From Takakia lepidozioides (taxonomy: Eukaryota; Plantae; Bryophyta), in assembly GCA_030704615.1 (NCBI GenBank), contig CM060732.1:60574001-60638000 (forward strand): DNA of 64,000 nt, given 5' to 3'. This document shows positions 1-13,426 of this stretch, one piece after another. The translations under genes were made by a program, and so were the position numbers. Within the stretch, counting starts at the first letter, position 1, and every line of letters starts with the position of its first letter. Below the pieces are notes generated by a model. The model had not been told where the DNA came from. It saw only the letters and a program-made list of their open reading frames with translations, and did no database searches.

Positions 1-3000
1 CTTTTACATTCTGAATATGTAAGAACCATAAATTTAAAAAAAAGAAAAAAAAAGAACCATATATATATATATGTACTTTTTTTAATTACTATTATATGTT
101 GAAAAGTGATTTGCTTCGTCAGCCGGCCTTCTTGACACGTTAGCGAGGGTCCAGATATAGAATACACACACAGGTGAGAATAGGAGACTAGTTCCCAAAA
201 ACTCTGTTTCACACTGACAAACTAGCTTGTTGAATGTGAAGCAAGGGAAGGAAAGAGTTGAGGAAAACTTCCTGGCATGCGACATTCCTGTGATTGTGTG
301 TTGTAAGATATGGTGCCTCAATCACAAGGACTTGAATGAAACGAAATCACAACCATGTAGATTTTCAAAACTTGCAGATTAATCAGTTCTAGAGGTTGCA
401 ATGCTATTTAGTGCCATCTACAATGCTGTGCCTGACTCCTGCACCTACACAATGATGGAACATACTCAGCAACAATTGACAAGCTTAACACCAGAGGAAC
501 AGTTGTATTCTGACGTGTCGGGGTGCTATGAGTTCACATCACTGAAACAAGCTTATGTGATGAATACTGTACAAGTGCGAGTCAAGTACTGGAAAGATTG
601 CTCTACCAGACCATATGATTTGAGTATAAAACCCATCTTTCTAGGTCACTCGACTTTGGATCCTCTGAGAAAGGTCGAAGCTCCTCAGAAATTACTATTT
701 AGTAATCTACGGCTGACCAAAAATGACTTTGCTGGGACAAATTTTGTATAAGTTTCTACTTCCAGAGGACCAGGGACGACATTCGACATTGATCTCACTA
801 GAATTCCGCAATGACAACTGCTAAACATTGCTATAACAATTCACTGAACTGCATTAGCTAATCCTTTTGAGACCCTTCCACAAGGTAAGATGTTTACTAG
901 GAGACAGGATGCAGCTATGCACTCTTCCAAAAACCTGTCATTTTGATGGACTCTTGGTGTAGAGTTTTCCCTATTGGACTCTTTAAAGAAGTTTGCTACA
1001 TCAGGATCTAAGTTGCACTGGCTACTACAGAGATCTAGGCAACACTCTGGGTACTGTTTATCACAATGCTGAAGATGTGACCAAGGGAGTGCAAACTTAG
1101 TAAAGAGAGATAGATAGATGTGCACAGTGAACTAAACCATGCCACCCACATATAGAGAGAAGAGAAAGAGAGAGAAACTTGAGGTAGCTCTTTTGTATAC
1201 CTTGGAACCACTGGCCTCTTGCAAGGTTTTGAAGTTCTTGTAATTCCTTCCATCAGCACATGACAGTTTTTGGCCAAAATATGGATCCAAGCACGTGGTT
1301 TTCCAGTGACAGCACAGGCAAATGAGACCATTGAACTCCTTGAAGTTGATTGGGCAGCAGCATGCATGGCTCATGCACGATGCACCACCAATCCAAGAAT
1401 GCATTCGATCACTATACTTTTCTTGTCATCAGTAGGGAATGTTCTATCAATACAGCATTAAGTCATGGAACGGTTCCTTACCAGATATAGAGAGGGAGTT
1501 AGAGTCAGTAAAGGTTGGGGGCATGGGGAGTATGCACCAGAGAGAGATATACCTTCAAAAGATGGTAGACACAGGCTAGTAGCTGTGTATTGACAGAGAG
1601 ACGGTCCCCAGGCTGGGTGAACTCCTAGACCATGATGAACATGGGGCATTATGACAAGAGGTTGAAGCTTGGGGTATGGAACACCCACACACACATCAAG
1701 TAGGGAGCAGCTCTTCCTTTGAAGTGTCCCCTTGCATCACCTGCCTTCCAGACAACAAACTTCTTTCACTGAACCCCCAGTGCGGTCTTACTCTTATATT
1801 TATATGCTCTATCGTATTGGCCATGTACTCCTCTCTATCACTATCACATGGTGAACTCAGATTGAACATCCAGGAGACCCTCTCTCATCCTATTGTGAAC
1901 ATTATCAGATGTAAAACAAAAAAGGCTATACAACAGCGGCACGTACACAAATAGCAGATGATTGACGTATATAGTGCCTTCAAGACCGCTCCGCACCTCC
2001 AACACTGAGTGAGGGTCCAGCTCAACAGCCACAACCTTCTTAGCTACTTCTAGGAGATTCTTTGCTAAGTTCCCTGTGAAATAAATAATATTTTAAGCTC
2101 AATGAGCACCCCCACACGAATAGAGTTGTTTTATGTGTCTCCCAAAAAGATGGAAAAAAACTGTCTTTAAACTGCAATAAGAATCTAATGATAATAGTCC
2201 CAGCACGACCATTCCTTTGGATAGGAGACAGATGGAGAGATGTGTGCATTCATGGAATTTATTTTGAGGCACTGCCCAGTTCCCTGGCATAAGGAAGGGA
2301 GAGAGGGAGATGTACTAATAGACAAATGAATCTTCAGGGCTATGCTGCTGTAGCATTCTGGCATTACTAAATAAAACGTTCCAATTGGGTAAAAGTCTTG
2401 GTGTCGAACTGCCCAACTTGCCTCACAGCAATGTCCCTTTGTAAAAATGTCATTACCATATGTGATGTAACTAAGAAAGAGGTAGGAATTGCGCGAGTGA
2501 GAAAAGAGGGAAAGGGACCAACTTCAAAACACATGAGGGGCACACAAGCAGACAGACCATCGAAAAGATGTTTACCAGATCCAGGCCCAATTTGCAGAGC
2601 AATGTTTATCCCCACTTTCTGCATAATTGCTTGCACCAGCAGTCGATTCTTGACAATCTGTTGTACCTCCTTGAAAATCCTCTGAAAACGGTTGGGGTGT
2701 CTGTCTTCCCATGCCCTTGCCTCGGCCCCTGACATAGCTGAATCATCTCGGCTCTTATGTATACCCTGGATGGAAGTAGAATTTTCTCCCAGGTAAGCTG
2801 GAGATTGACTCCTTCACTATAACATCTACCCAAATGTGCTGCCCCCACGCACACAAGCTGACTCATCCATAACCTAAGCCAGTGGAACAAAACACTCTAA
2901 ATTCCCTAAAGCAACAATTTGCCCTCTAAACTGCATTCCCCCACTACTGTAAGAGTCTAATGGAGAAGAACTCGCAAAGGGGCCCCTACCCAATTGCTAA

Positions 3001-4445
3001 TAGTTGAATAGCATGCTGCGTACAATTTCAAAACCGTGTGGGCCGAATACCCCAGTTCCTTATAAGGTAGCCCTGTTAATCGATTAATCTATCACACGTA
3101 AGTGTCCCACAAACTGGCCTGATTTCAGCTACTGTGTTCTTTCGCAAAAGTGCACTGGTCACCTTATTTCCTAAGACTACACTGTAACCTGTGCAACTAA
3201 GATTTGTTCAATATTCACAAACATTCGGAGCATACAGCTTAACGCAACCCACTAAGTAGGAAAAGTTGCCTCAAATACAGTAATCTCACATCTGGATCAT
3301 GGCTTACACTTAGGTGGATCCGATCACTTCTTTCAAGGGCACAAAAGATGCACCCTCCAGTAGAGCCCCTCGTAGCAGCTGGAACTGCACCAACACAAAA
3401 GGCTCTTTCAATGCATAATCCACGACATCATCTTCACACTTTTCCTGAATCCTTCCTTCTCTCTCTCTCTCCCTCCATAGGCCTGCACGTATTTAGGTCT
3501 GGACATGAACACCAAGGATGTCGGTGCAGGATGAAGTTTGCATGAAGCCAAGAGGGATGGAAACGATCTTCGCTAATCTCAACCCTAATCGATACTTACG
3601 GATCGAATTACGCTCGGAATCGGAGCCCAAGCGTTTTGGGTTCTCTGGAGGAATGGCAGAGGGCGTGGGCGAATTTGAAGGCCCCATACACGCGTGCTCT
3701 GACATTCAGTGTTTTGCTCCAGGTTTGCCGCTTGCTGTGCGAACAGATCCCAGAGTGGTCTTGGGAGGTGAGCCTTGGAAGAGGAAGGAGACGACGAAGA
3801 ATGATGTCAGTAGTGGCAGCTGGCATAACCGAGCGCGTGCCTTATGTCAGGAGGCGGGGACTTTCTAACGGATATCTCCTTTGTGACGTGGGCAGCTTGT
3901 CGTCTTTCTCCCCATATACTCGAAAGCTCCCAGGTATGGCGGTTGGTCCATGCTTTGTGACCTCTAAGAGCATGACCAGCAGTGGCGCGGTAAACAGACA
4001 CGCCAACGGCATTATACTAGCCCATTTTTGGCCCGGAGCCCATATACTTGTGTGGCAGCTGGTGTGAAGGCCAGCAGCATGCGCCTGAAATGGCCGCTGC
4101 TGGCCATGCTCTTATAACAACATACCCAACACGCGTGCACACAACGCAAAAGTACGTATACTTACAATACAGCAGAGTCAAAGCAAAAATCCTTTGCTGC
4201 CAGATGTGATTTTGGCCTTCATTATGGCAGAGCGGCAGCGGTGCCTAACTTCCAACTGGCAAAAGCCAAGGGTGCTGTTAGGAGCGTGATTGGTTTGTCT
4301 TACTGAGATTTTGTCAACCTGCTTGACTGTTCCTAGCGAGTGGTATCTGGAAAATCTTCTAGCCCAAGTTCTTCTGTACTCTCCCTGGATTCCATGAAAA
4401 CACAGGCAACAAGCAACTTTTCTTCACACGCTGCATTTTTGAGTA

Positions 4446-4786
4446 GGGTAAGTTGGCCTATGACCGAACAGGCATCTATGACCGAACACCCCATTAACGC
4501 GTCAGTACCTATGACCATGCAGTGCCACTTGGCAAACAATCATTTGATATAACACCCCCAAAAAGTGTGATTGGTCATAGGGCTCTTGGTGTATACAAGC
4601 ATTCTGATTGGTTCGACTTTGAAACCATACAACTTTGTGTAGGATTCATGAAATCCAATAGTTCCAAGTTTGTAGGTTGCCGCATATGTGGGACACCTTA
4701 TGAAAATTACCTGAGGTACAAATGACAAAAATTCACCGTTAGATTTTTCACCATCGTTATTTGAACGGTCATAGGCCAACATACCC
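4446..4786. mobile_element. MITE (~341 bp) with ~21-bp TIRs and TA flanks (Tc1/mariner-Stowaway-like)
   Basis: Left end GGGTAAGTTGGCCTATGACCG and right end CGGTCATAGGCCAACATACCC are reverse complements with 1 mismatch. TA flanks both ends. A related partial copy starts at 13290. Confidence 0.75.
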
Positions 4787-6098
4787 TAGTAGCACTCAGA
4801 GTGGCGCATGCGGCATCATATTGCAGAAGAAAGCTCTGCGTCCCTGGCGACACGGTGGCTGACAAGTACATCAGCCATGATCATATTGATTTGGGTGCTG
4901 ATGCCATGGCTGCCTTGGTGCCTCCTAGGGACACAACCCCTATGTACAATAGTATCCAGTCTACTATGTATGTACAAGACCAATGATTTTCAACGAGCGG
5001 TGGTCATCTTTGGTCACGGAGGTGACATCTGCTGTAGAGTGGATTGTCTGTTACGTTTGATTCCAGCTGCAAATGTAGAGAAAGCACAATACCAAGTTAA
5101 CAGAGGTTGTAGCTGAGCTCAAGAGGTCTAAAATAGCGGAGTTTTCTTCTGTTGGATTGCAAGGACGGGAAAAGTCCCGGAAATGTAGACGTTGCACATG
5201 AATTGCTGTCACTCGAGCATGTGTGGACATTTGCGAAGTACACCCGCAAATGGCTAAGGGCAGCTTCAATGTGAGTTTCCAAGTTCGACATACAAATATA
5301 GGAAGGATGAACTGCAGAAAATTGTCCGAAAAGGCGCAAAGATTGAAGAGGCGGAGCTCAATATGGTTAGCGTTATATCCTGTCGCACCGGCGTGATCCT
5401 GAAGATCATCAGCTTTGCTTGCGAATAGTATAGATCTCCCTTTTTGTATCACTGCCCGCTGCGGAATGTCATAGCAGGTAGAGACAACGGGAGGGAGTGA
5501 GCGTTTCTGAGTACTAGGGATACCTGTAGACACAAGAGCGCTCAGAGAGACATCTTCGAGCAGCACTTGTAAAGATCACACAGTAATATTATCAATGTAT
5601 AACATTGTCTAGTAGACTGCTCTTTATTCTGAACTTCCCCGTGAAAACAAGAGCTTCTGTTACAGTGGACAAATCGTCACCACACCACTCGTTGATCACA
5701 CCATTGGAGATCTCTAACACACTAAGCAATTGGGTCCTCGTGCCTGCCTATCTGTACACGAGGTCTCCGGGCTAAATTTTGTAACCGTCCCAATGCGGCC
5801 TCCCGAATACACTGATCTAGCTTCGAGTACATTTGCCACTTGACAAATTTTTAAAATGTGTATCTGAAAAACTTGTGAGGTCCACAGTTGTAGTAGGGAT
5901 CATTCCCTACGAAATCGATATGAATTTAATCAACAACCTGAAGACAGAATGTTGGGTCCATTTTCACACACCAAGCAGTACCATTTGTTCATCGACCGTG
6001 ATGACCTTGGAATTCATGAATGTCAAGGGCAATAATGGTTGGAGTCTGTAGATGTACAGGTGTTGCATTGGGGAATTTTGAGCTCTAGAGTACGTGCA

Positions 6099-9000
6099 CT
6101 AGTATATCTCGTTCAAAAATGAGTTGTAGGTGTCGCTGCTTCCAAGCGCTTCATGAAAACCGAAGTCTGAGAGGGGGTCAAATGTATCCAAAAAGGAGGA
6201 GCTCAGTTTGTCTTCAAGCTCGGCCATATCTTTTGACCGGTTGATGTGTTGGTACATATTTACTGCCCGATGCAAGTCCTCAGCAGCTTGTTGCTCAATT
6301 TGGTCAGATGAGACCACATCTGACACAACATCACTTGGTGTACTGCCGTCGGAACCGCTGGCCATAGAAGCCCCATCCCGGTTAGAAACATCAGTTCTTT
6401 GAGACGGTTGCAGTAACGCCTTCGATGGAGTGTCTACAGTATCTGACAAGCTGCTTGCATCCGCTGTAGGTGACAGATCCAAACAGCTAGCCCGACCCCG
6501 GCTAGCTGACCGGCTTAAAGGTGGTCTCGCACCGGAACCGTTTGTCTGCGGGCTTCTGGGTGGCGAGGTTGCTTGCTGCGCTGGGGAAGTGAGGCCGTTA
6601 TCCCTCTCAGTGCCAGGAGTGACTGATGGGAGTTTAGATAAGAGAGCTTGGAGACTGGACATAGAGGGAAGCAGATTAGATAAGCATGGACTAGTCCCAC
6701 CTTGAGGACTTGTCTGCCCTGTATTCAAAGCCTTCTTGGGTGACGGGTTATCGTAACCATGTGAATTTCCCGAAGAGATATAAGCATAGTCCTTCAAGTT
6801 CAATGAGAAAAGGGTATCCCTGTCTGGTGGACGCTTGACCCCTAGTACGGTTGTGTCCGTTGTACTTGATGTGGATGGTCGCCACCAATCTGTGCCAGAT
6901 CGTGGGGACAGAAACGGGTCTACATATCTTGATGTCAACCCGCTTGGTGTGAGTCTTTCTTCCTGGCTCATCCACTGGCCACGCTCAGGTGGGGGAGATC
7001 CTTCCCCGTTCTGCGTCCGTTTTTTGGCAGTGTGTGAAGTAGGGTGGGATACAAAAACGCCTGGAATAGATTGCAGATAATTGAACTTGCGCTGGGTAAG
7101 TATAACAAAGTTGAGGTCTTCAATGATCTGCGATTTGAATACAACAAAACTGATCTGTCAGATTCCCAAGTCCAACGGCGTTGAGGATCCAGCTATGTTC
7201 AATTGAAACTCGACGGAGATCAGCTACAGCGGCATGCATCATTAAGTACAGTCTGCAGTACAGGATCGTTTAAACACATAGATCTAAAAGCATGATATTC
7301 TATTTTCCCTGGAGCCTTTAAATTTCATCAATTAGACATGCTCTAGATGGAGCTACCTAGAGCTAGATATATTGCAATCCCGTGTTCATCCCACGAGCGT
7401 CTACAAGTAACAGGAGACGATTATCATGAATGCATCTCTGCCTGATACTTAAGACAGAAAGCTCTCGAGACGTAGCAACAAAAACTTTCACCTGATTGTA
7501 ATGGGAAGATGTAGTTACCTTTTTCACAGAACCAAGCTGAAGGACCCCTTCTTGAACTGCTACCACTGCGATAGTCTGCAGGATTGATACATACACGTAT
7601 CTATTTACAATTAGTTATATGTCCCCTTTCTCCGTCCTTTTCGCCCGCTCAAAACCTGAAGCGTTTCGAAAGCACCTTCAAAGGGACCCCCTACAACCTC
7701 CAAATTCAAACCTCGAAAATTTCTTCATGATATCTAAGGAATGTAAACGGGAGGCATCCATAAATATCTTCGTTTACACGTTTGAAGCTCAATGATTTGT
7801 TCTCCAAAGCGATCTAACCATAGACGTAATGTAAGTGGACGGAATGTGCCATTAGAAAAGATGCATCTGGCCAGATGACAGACCTGAATCCCAGACTTGA
7901 ATTGAGCTTCCCATGTACGTGGATGCTGCATGGTTCGACAGAGTCAAACGCCAAGAGCACGAAAAATATTAGAAATCCAGATGCAGTCCTGAGGCACACA
8001 AAAAGACCTGTCGTTGTTTATGACAATCTTGAGACGCATAGATTTGCGATCGAATCGGACAGATTAAAAACATAATGTATGTACAGTTTCAGTCTATGAA
8101 TGTACGTGTGCAGATGAGCGAAAGAAAGAGCCAGGCCGGACGAGTAGATATATACATACGCGTGAACTATATGTGTGATGCATGCTCCAACAACGTCAAG
8201 GAAGAAAGCCAGACATCCATTTCAAAGTGCTATCAATGTTCCAGTTAGAGAAGAACAGTTACATACAGGGTCGAGAGAGCCATGCCAGGGTGACAGGAAG
8301 CTGATCTCATGCTCCAAAGGCTCTCGGTAGACCCACTTGTGACTGTTGTCAGCTGCCACCTTGCCCATTAGCCTGCCAGAATACGAACCCGCGGTCAACA
8401 TACTTAGTTCGCCCCAAGCATGGAATGCTAGTTCACTATGTCTACATTAAAGTGCCTGAAAGGAGGGGCATTCCAATGCACTTGCAAAGCCAAAACCTCC
8501 TTGACTAGGCAAAGTAAGGGTTGCCCGGGCAGGTAACTTTGTGGGTATTTACGGGCTTGGATGTTGGAGAAACCCGTGCAGGTCAGAGATCCGTACTCAC
8601 GAATTCCAGGTCTATGCAGAAACTTGTGCACATTTCCAGACAAAAGTTTCATCTGTCCAGAACGTATCCCAGGTGGAGAGATGTATTTATTCTGGGCAGC
8701 CAAACTAGATTAAATTCAACATATACATTCATTTTATCTAGCTTTGAGCTACTGATAAGAGAATGCTGCACGCCAAGGCATCTTTAGGAGGAGGATGACG
8801 ATTGTCAGCCAGACGATATTAGGTAGGCCTATCGCAAGCGCGCTTGCCCGGGTCGTGGGGTGTTTCGAGAATCATAAGTCACTCCTCTGGACAGGAAGTC
8901 TGCTAATTTCGATAGACATTCCGGGGGGGACATTTAAGCATGAATAAGTACTATCAGCAGCATCTTGGGAGACTTCATAAGGTTCCAAATTATATCGAGC

Positions 9001-9913
9001 ATGCTTCTCCTTCAACGGGAGAAGCCAACTAGCCAAGCGTAAATCTCTGAGATGATAATGATTTATATACCCCTCTCCATAGTTGTAAACTTCGTGCGAC
9101 ATTTTGAAGAAAAGCTCAGGATTCATAGCCTCCGAGTCTTCAGTGCCGCGGTGCTTTCTACTCCCAAACAAGTGGGATCCCATCCTTGTCTCTTTGGCCG
9201 CTACCGAGCATGCTGAGAAGTTGCAGAAGCCATCCTCCCACACAAGAATCCTGCAGCCGTATCATCAACACTTCAGGTTCTACTGAACACAATTCTCAAT
9301 CTGGTCCAGATCAATTCTATGAAGTCCAAATTTCAACTTCGAGATTCAAGAGGTGGTCACTAGCACTGTACCAGTTGCGCTTGTTGCCTTTGGTTCGGTC
9401 CATCAAGCCCCCGTCTGTTTCCCACCTGCGCCAATATCATTAAGACAGATTATTAGTCAATCTGACTAGTACTGTATGAAGGTCAAGTGCTCGGAAAAGT
9501 ACTCCCCGGTGGACGTGCTAGGCGATGAGAGGAGAGCAGCTCGAGGGACGTCAACCAACTTGCCCAATTCACATTTCGAGGAACGTTAAACTTGCCGTCA
9601 TTACGATGTATATGTCGGCAACTACCGGCTGTAAAAGGCTAAACTCGTGTTCTCTCCTCTCTCTAAGTTATTTTGCTCACTCGAGCAGAAATTCTCACGC
9701 TAAACGGTATCTAGACAATCCGACTCAGAATGTCTGAACTTCCGACCAGGTATGGCATGCGAGGAAAGGAGGACTGAAACCGTACTGGGGAGGAGGATAG
9801 TTTCGGGGAAGAATGCGCCAGAAGACGGCATACACCCACTGCGAATCTGTGCACAGGCTGCGCAGGGTGTGCTGCAGCACATGATTCAACGTTGGTAGTC
9901 CTTGTATCTCCAT
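6099..9913 (-). CDS. bHLH-MYC N-terminal domain protein lacking bHLH (RICE SALT SENSITIVE 3-like), ~531 aa, 7 exons: 9913-9786, 9425-9372, 9250-9071, 8372-8267, 7925-7884, 7575-7519, 7127-6099
   Basis: All introns are GT-AG and the frame is preserved (1596 nt). Family motifs: LQHTLRSLC..SQWVYAVFWRILPRNYPPPQW, WILVWEDGFCNF, ELFFKMSHEVYNYGEGLMGKVAADNSHKWV, HPRTWEAQFKSGIQTIAVVAVQEGVLQLGS, EDLNFV..RKFNYLQSIPG, PSMSSLQALLSKLPSVTP. Confidence 0.9.
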
Positions 9914-12900
9914 TTCTTTTCACCTGCTCACCTCTAGACCTCAGTCTTCCCTTCCCCCTCTCTCTAAGAGCTCTGTGAAGATTACGATGCAGGTACCCGC
10001 CTTGAGTCTTTCTCTCCAATCTGAGAGCTAGAGACGGTCACCGCAGAATTGACTTAGGAGAGATGGGGTGGCGACCCAGTTGGAGATGGCCACAGTAGAC
10101 TCATGAGGCACGCCGACAGGCGAACAGGAGCTAAAGAACAGAGAGATGAGGGAGAGCAGGCAGTGGCAGCGCCGCTGCTGGCAGCGGTGACCCACAAACA
10201 TGGCCCACCCTCCCTATCTTGAGCAACACGTACCTACCCGTACATGTATGTATGGCCAGCCCCCTCTCCCGGGCGCCCAACCTACTCCCTTCCCCCCTCC
10301 AGCTATCAACTGCACTTTGTACTCACTTCAACTCTTTCCCACCACCCCCCCCCTTCTCTTGCCTTCTCCACCTCAGGTTGAAGACGTCACTGCTAGAGTA
10401 CTTCACAGGAATAAATCACTTGCAGCGTTTCAACTCTAAGACAGATTTCCAGCAACTTGTGTCTCTTAAGCAATCTCGTAGTTTACTCTCTTTCTACCGC
10501 CTCCCCCTCATGAACTGGCTGACTCTGGTATTCAAAGATCCTTTAGCACACACGCTGATCCCTGTACATGCCCATCATCCCTGCTACTTTTCCCCCGGAT
10601 ATTTTGTACTTCTCATGCAGCATTACTAGCTACCTGGGACTGATCACTGCACGCCCAGGATGCTCCACCAAAAGAGAGTCCGGCCAAAGCCTCCCATGGC
10701 CTCTGCATGCCTTTGCCCACATGAGTCGTCAGAGACTCTCTCTCTCTCTATCTCCCTCCTTCCTCGGGATCATCAATCCCCCGTTTGTTTTTCTTAAATA
10801 ATAATCTTAAATGGGTTTAGTGTCATCTCCTTCTCGAAACAGAAAACCAGATACTACATAAAGGCATTAAATAAAAATAAACAGAAACTAAAATTTGGGA
10901 AAATTCACGTTTTGTTTTTTTCTAAAAAGGGGGATAGAAGCCCTGGGATTATTGAAGGGAAAAAACGTAATTTCTGTTTTTTAAATAAAGGTAATTCTTT
11001 CTTTAAAACAAAAACAAATCCAACGGAAGAATGAGTCACAAAATAAAATAAAATAAAATAAAAATTCAGTGCGTACTTGTTTAGTATGAATACGGTTAAA
11101 GCTGGGTAACAAGTGAGGTGTAGTAACAAATAATACACTCGATATGGGCAATCATTCTACCTTGCCAGTCTGGGCTTGACCGACTTTTGACCATGCACCT
11201 CTTATTCTCTTTGACTCTACTACCCGATTGTACAACCCCTATCTATTTATCTAATATTTATAACATATTATATCAATATTAATCAGTTGTTTTACTTTCT
11301 GGCGAAAGTACAATCCACCTGCTGCAACTTTCGCTCCAAGCAACCCACCTGGCTATATCTACAGGTCGGCTATCGCCAGAATATAATTACATATTTCCAT
11401 TATCCACCTAATATTATTGATTATCTAACCCAAGAGTCAACCACAGTTACCAACCTCACATAACTCGTCCGGTCGGTACACTATTCATTCCTCCGTCTCC
11501 GCGGATGCCAGTTGCCAGTTCTACCTTCTGTACATTCACTCTCGGCTCCGTGGATGACCAGAGCCCCGTGGATGAATCGCGTCGGCCAACCGCCCGCCGT
11601 ATTTAGCTCTGCCGCGTTCCGGCAGCATTAAGTTCCGCCGCGTTCCGGCAACTTAGTGAGCCTCGGTTAGGCTAAGTTAACTACAGGTTTAGGAGCGCTA
11701 ATTAGCCGCCGAGTCACTAACAACCGTAGAGTAAATTCACTGACTGGCTCATGTGGGTGGTGAGTAGTGAGTCGTAACTTACTAACTGTAACTTAACTCA
11801 CCACTTGCCTAAAATACATGTCCCATAACTGGGTGTGAAACCCATGTTAGACTCGTAATTGGGTGCCTTAAATTTTGACTATATATAAGGGGAGCCCTTT
11901 ATCCAGGCCGAGAATGTTCCATTTAATTTCCTCATTAGTGGTGTGATTAATGGGGGTTTTCTAGTTCATACCTGAATTTGGAAAATTTTGGATACTAGGA
12001 TAAGGCCAGAGTTAGGGCATTAAGGCACGTGCGGAATTCGCTACAGAGTTCATCCAGTTATTTATTCATCCACAGAGATCACTGGAGAGATAACAGATAA
12101 CTGGGGAATCCAGCTAACAGGCTGAGAAGAAACAAGATAATCACGTGTACGAGTTGATGAACTGGGATTGCAACTGGCCAAGTGCTGGGGGGCCTGTGGC
12201 TCCTTGTCGCTCCACCTACAAATCTGACTGGTATTAAAGCCATTTCTATCCTCCTTCAGAAGGAGTGGCAGAGGCCTCGGAACTCGGAACCCTCGCATGG
12301 GTGTAAACTGTAAACCTTAGATGCTGCAAACTGCGGTCCGTCTTTGTCTTTGCCCAATCCGGCAGCGACTAGAGCAGCATTTTGGTGCAACCAGTCCAGC
12401 AGAAGAGCGACAAGCAGGCTTTTCTGACGCGCCCTCGGAAAAATCTGACCTTCAATAAAGCCAATCTCACAAGCAGTGGCATCGGATGACGATGGTATCG
12501 GAAGTTAGTCATGGTAAATCTAACATTGCTCGAAAGTGTGGGATCCAGGCTCCATATTGTCCTTACCACAACTGGAAATGAATGCCAAAGTGCGCCGCCA
12601 ATAGGTTCAATGTATCCCTAGAGTGATCCAGATGCCTTGGGGATGATCTGTGTCCAGTGTCCACTCAGGAAGCTCTCAATCCTCTCATTCCAAGTAAATG
12701 CTGCGGCAGTATCCCGAAAGCTTGCAAGTTGTATGATGAGATCATCGCCCAACTTCGGCGCATGCACCTGCACCTTATTCTGTTCCACAAACTGCAAGAC
12801 TGATCACAGTTGGACACTGCAGTCCTTTGGATTCTCTACTACCACTTGACTTTTCGACACACCCCCCCCGCCCCCCGACAATACAATTCGTCAGGCATTG

Positions 12901-13289
12901 TATCGGAATTCGATCACGTGAGTCACCACAACACCTAACGCCACCGTAGCAATTTCAGCGAAAAATCTTGAGAGAAAAATCGTCTCGGATGAGTCCACAG
13001 GGTTTTTCCTAGATCAAGTCAAAATTACAGTAGTGGCCACATGGGTGTGGAGATGCCAGACCTGATTTTGCTGGCACTTTATTGGACACCCCCATATGCG
13101 GTAGAATGTCATTATCCCGCCTTTGTAGGATGTAATGCTTTGTATGGCCGATACGTACGCTTTGCTGTTGTAGGTGTGCCCACGTGATATAGCCAAAACA
13201 CATCCTAAAAATCTTGCCTGTGGGCCGACAGACAACCGTTGCCTCGAAACCTCCCCAACCGAATACAATCAAACCTCGGATAAGTGTTG

Positions 13290-13426
13290 GGGTATGTTGG
13301 CCTATGACCGAAGGGGTGTCTATGACCGTTGCTGGCCCCAAGACTGTTCATGTTGGCCACTTGGCAGGCAGTTATTTGTGATTGGTCATAGAGCTCAGGG
13401 TGCACAGGCATTCTGATTGGTTCAAC
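13290..13426. mobile_element. Partial copy of the 4446-4786 MITE, interrupted by the LINE poly(A) end
   Basis: Starts GGGTATGTTGGCCTATGACCG and shares GTGATTGGTCATAG...GCATTCTGATTGGTTC with the 4446 copy, then runs into the T-tract at 13427. Confidence 0.7.

Noticed and set aside
82-4300. Short ORFs (60-140 aa) at the window start
   Set aside because: No recognisable motifs or consistent exon structure. Possibly decayed TE sequence, but I cannot support a call.
12960-13012. Possible Helitron 3' end (hairpin plus CTAG)
   Set aside because: The hairpin is weak, CTAG is not followed by T, and no 5' TC end or RepHel remnant was identified.
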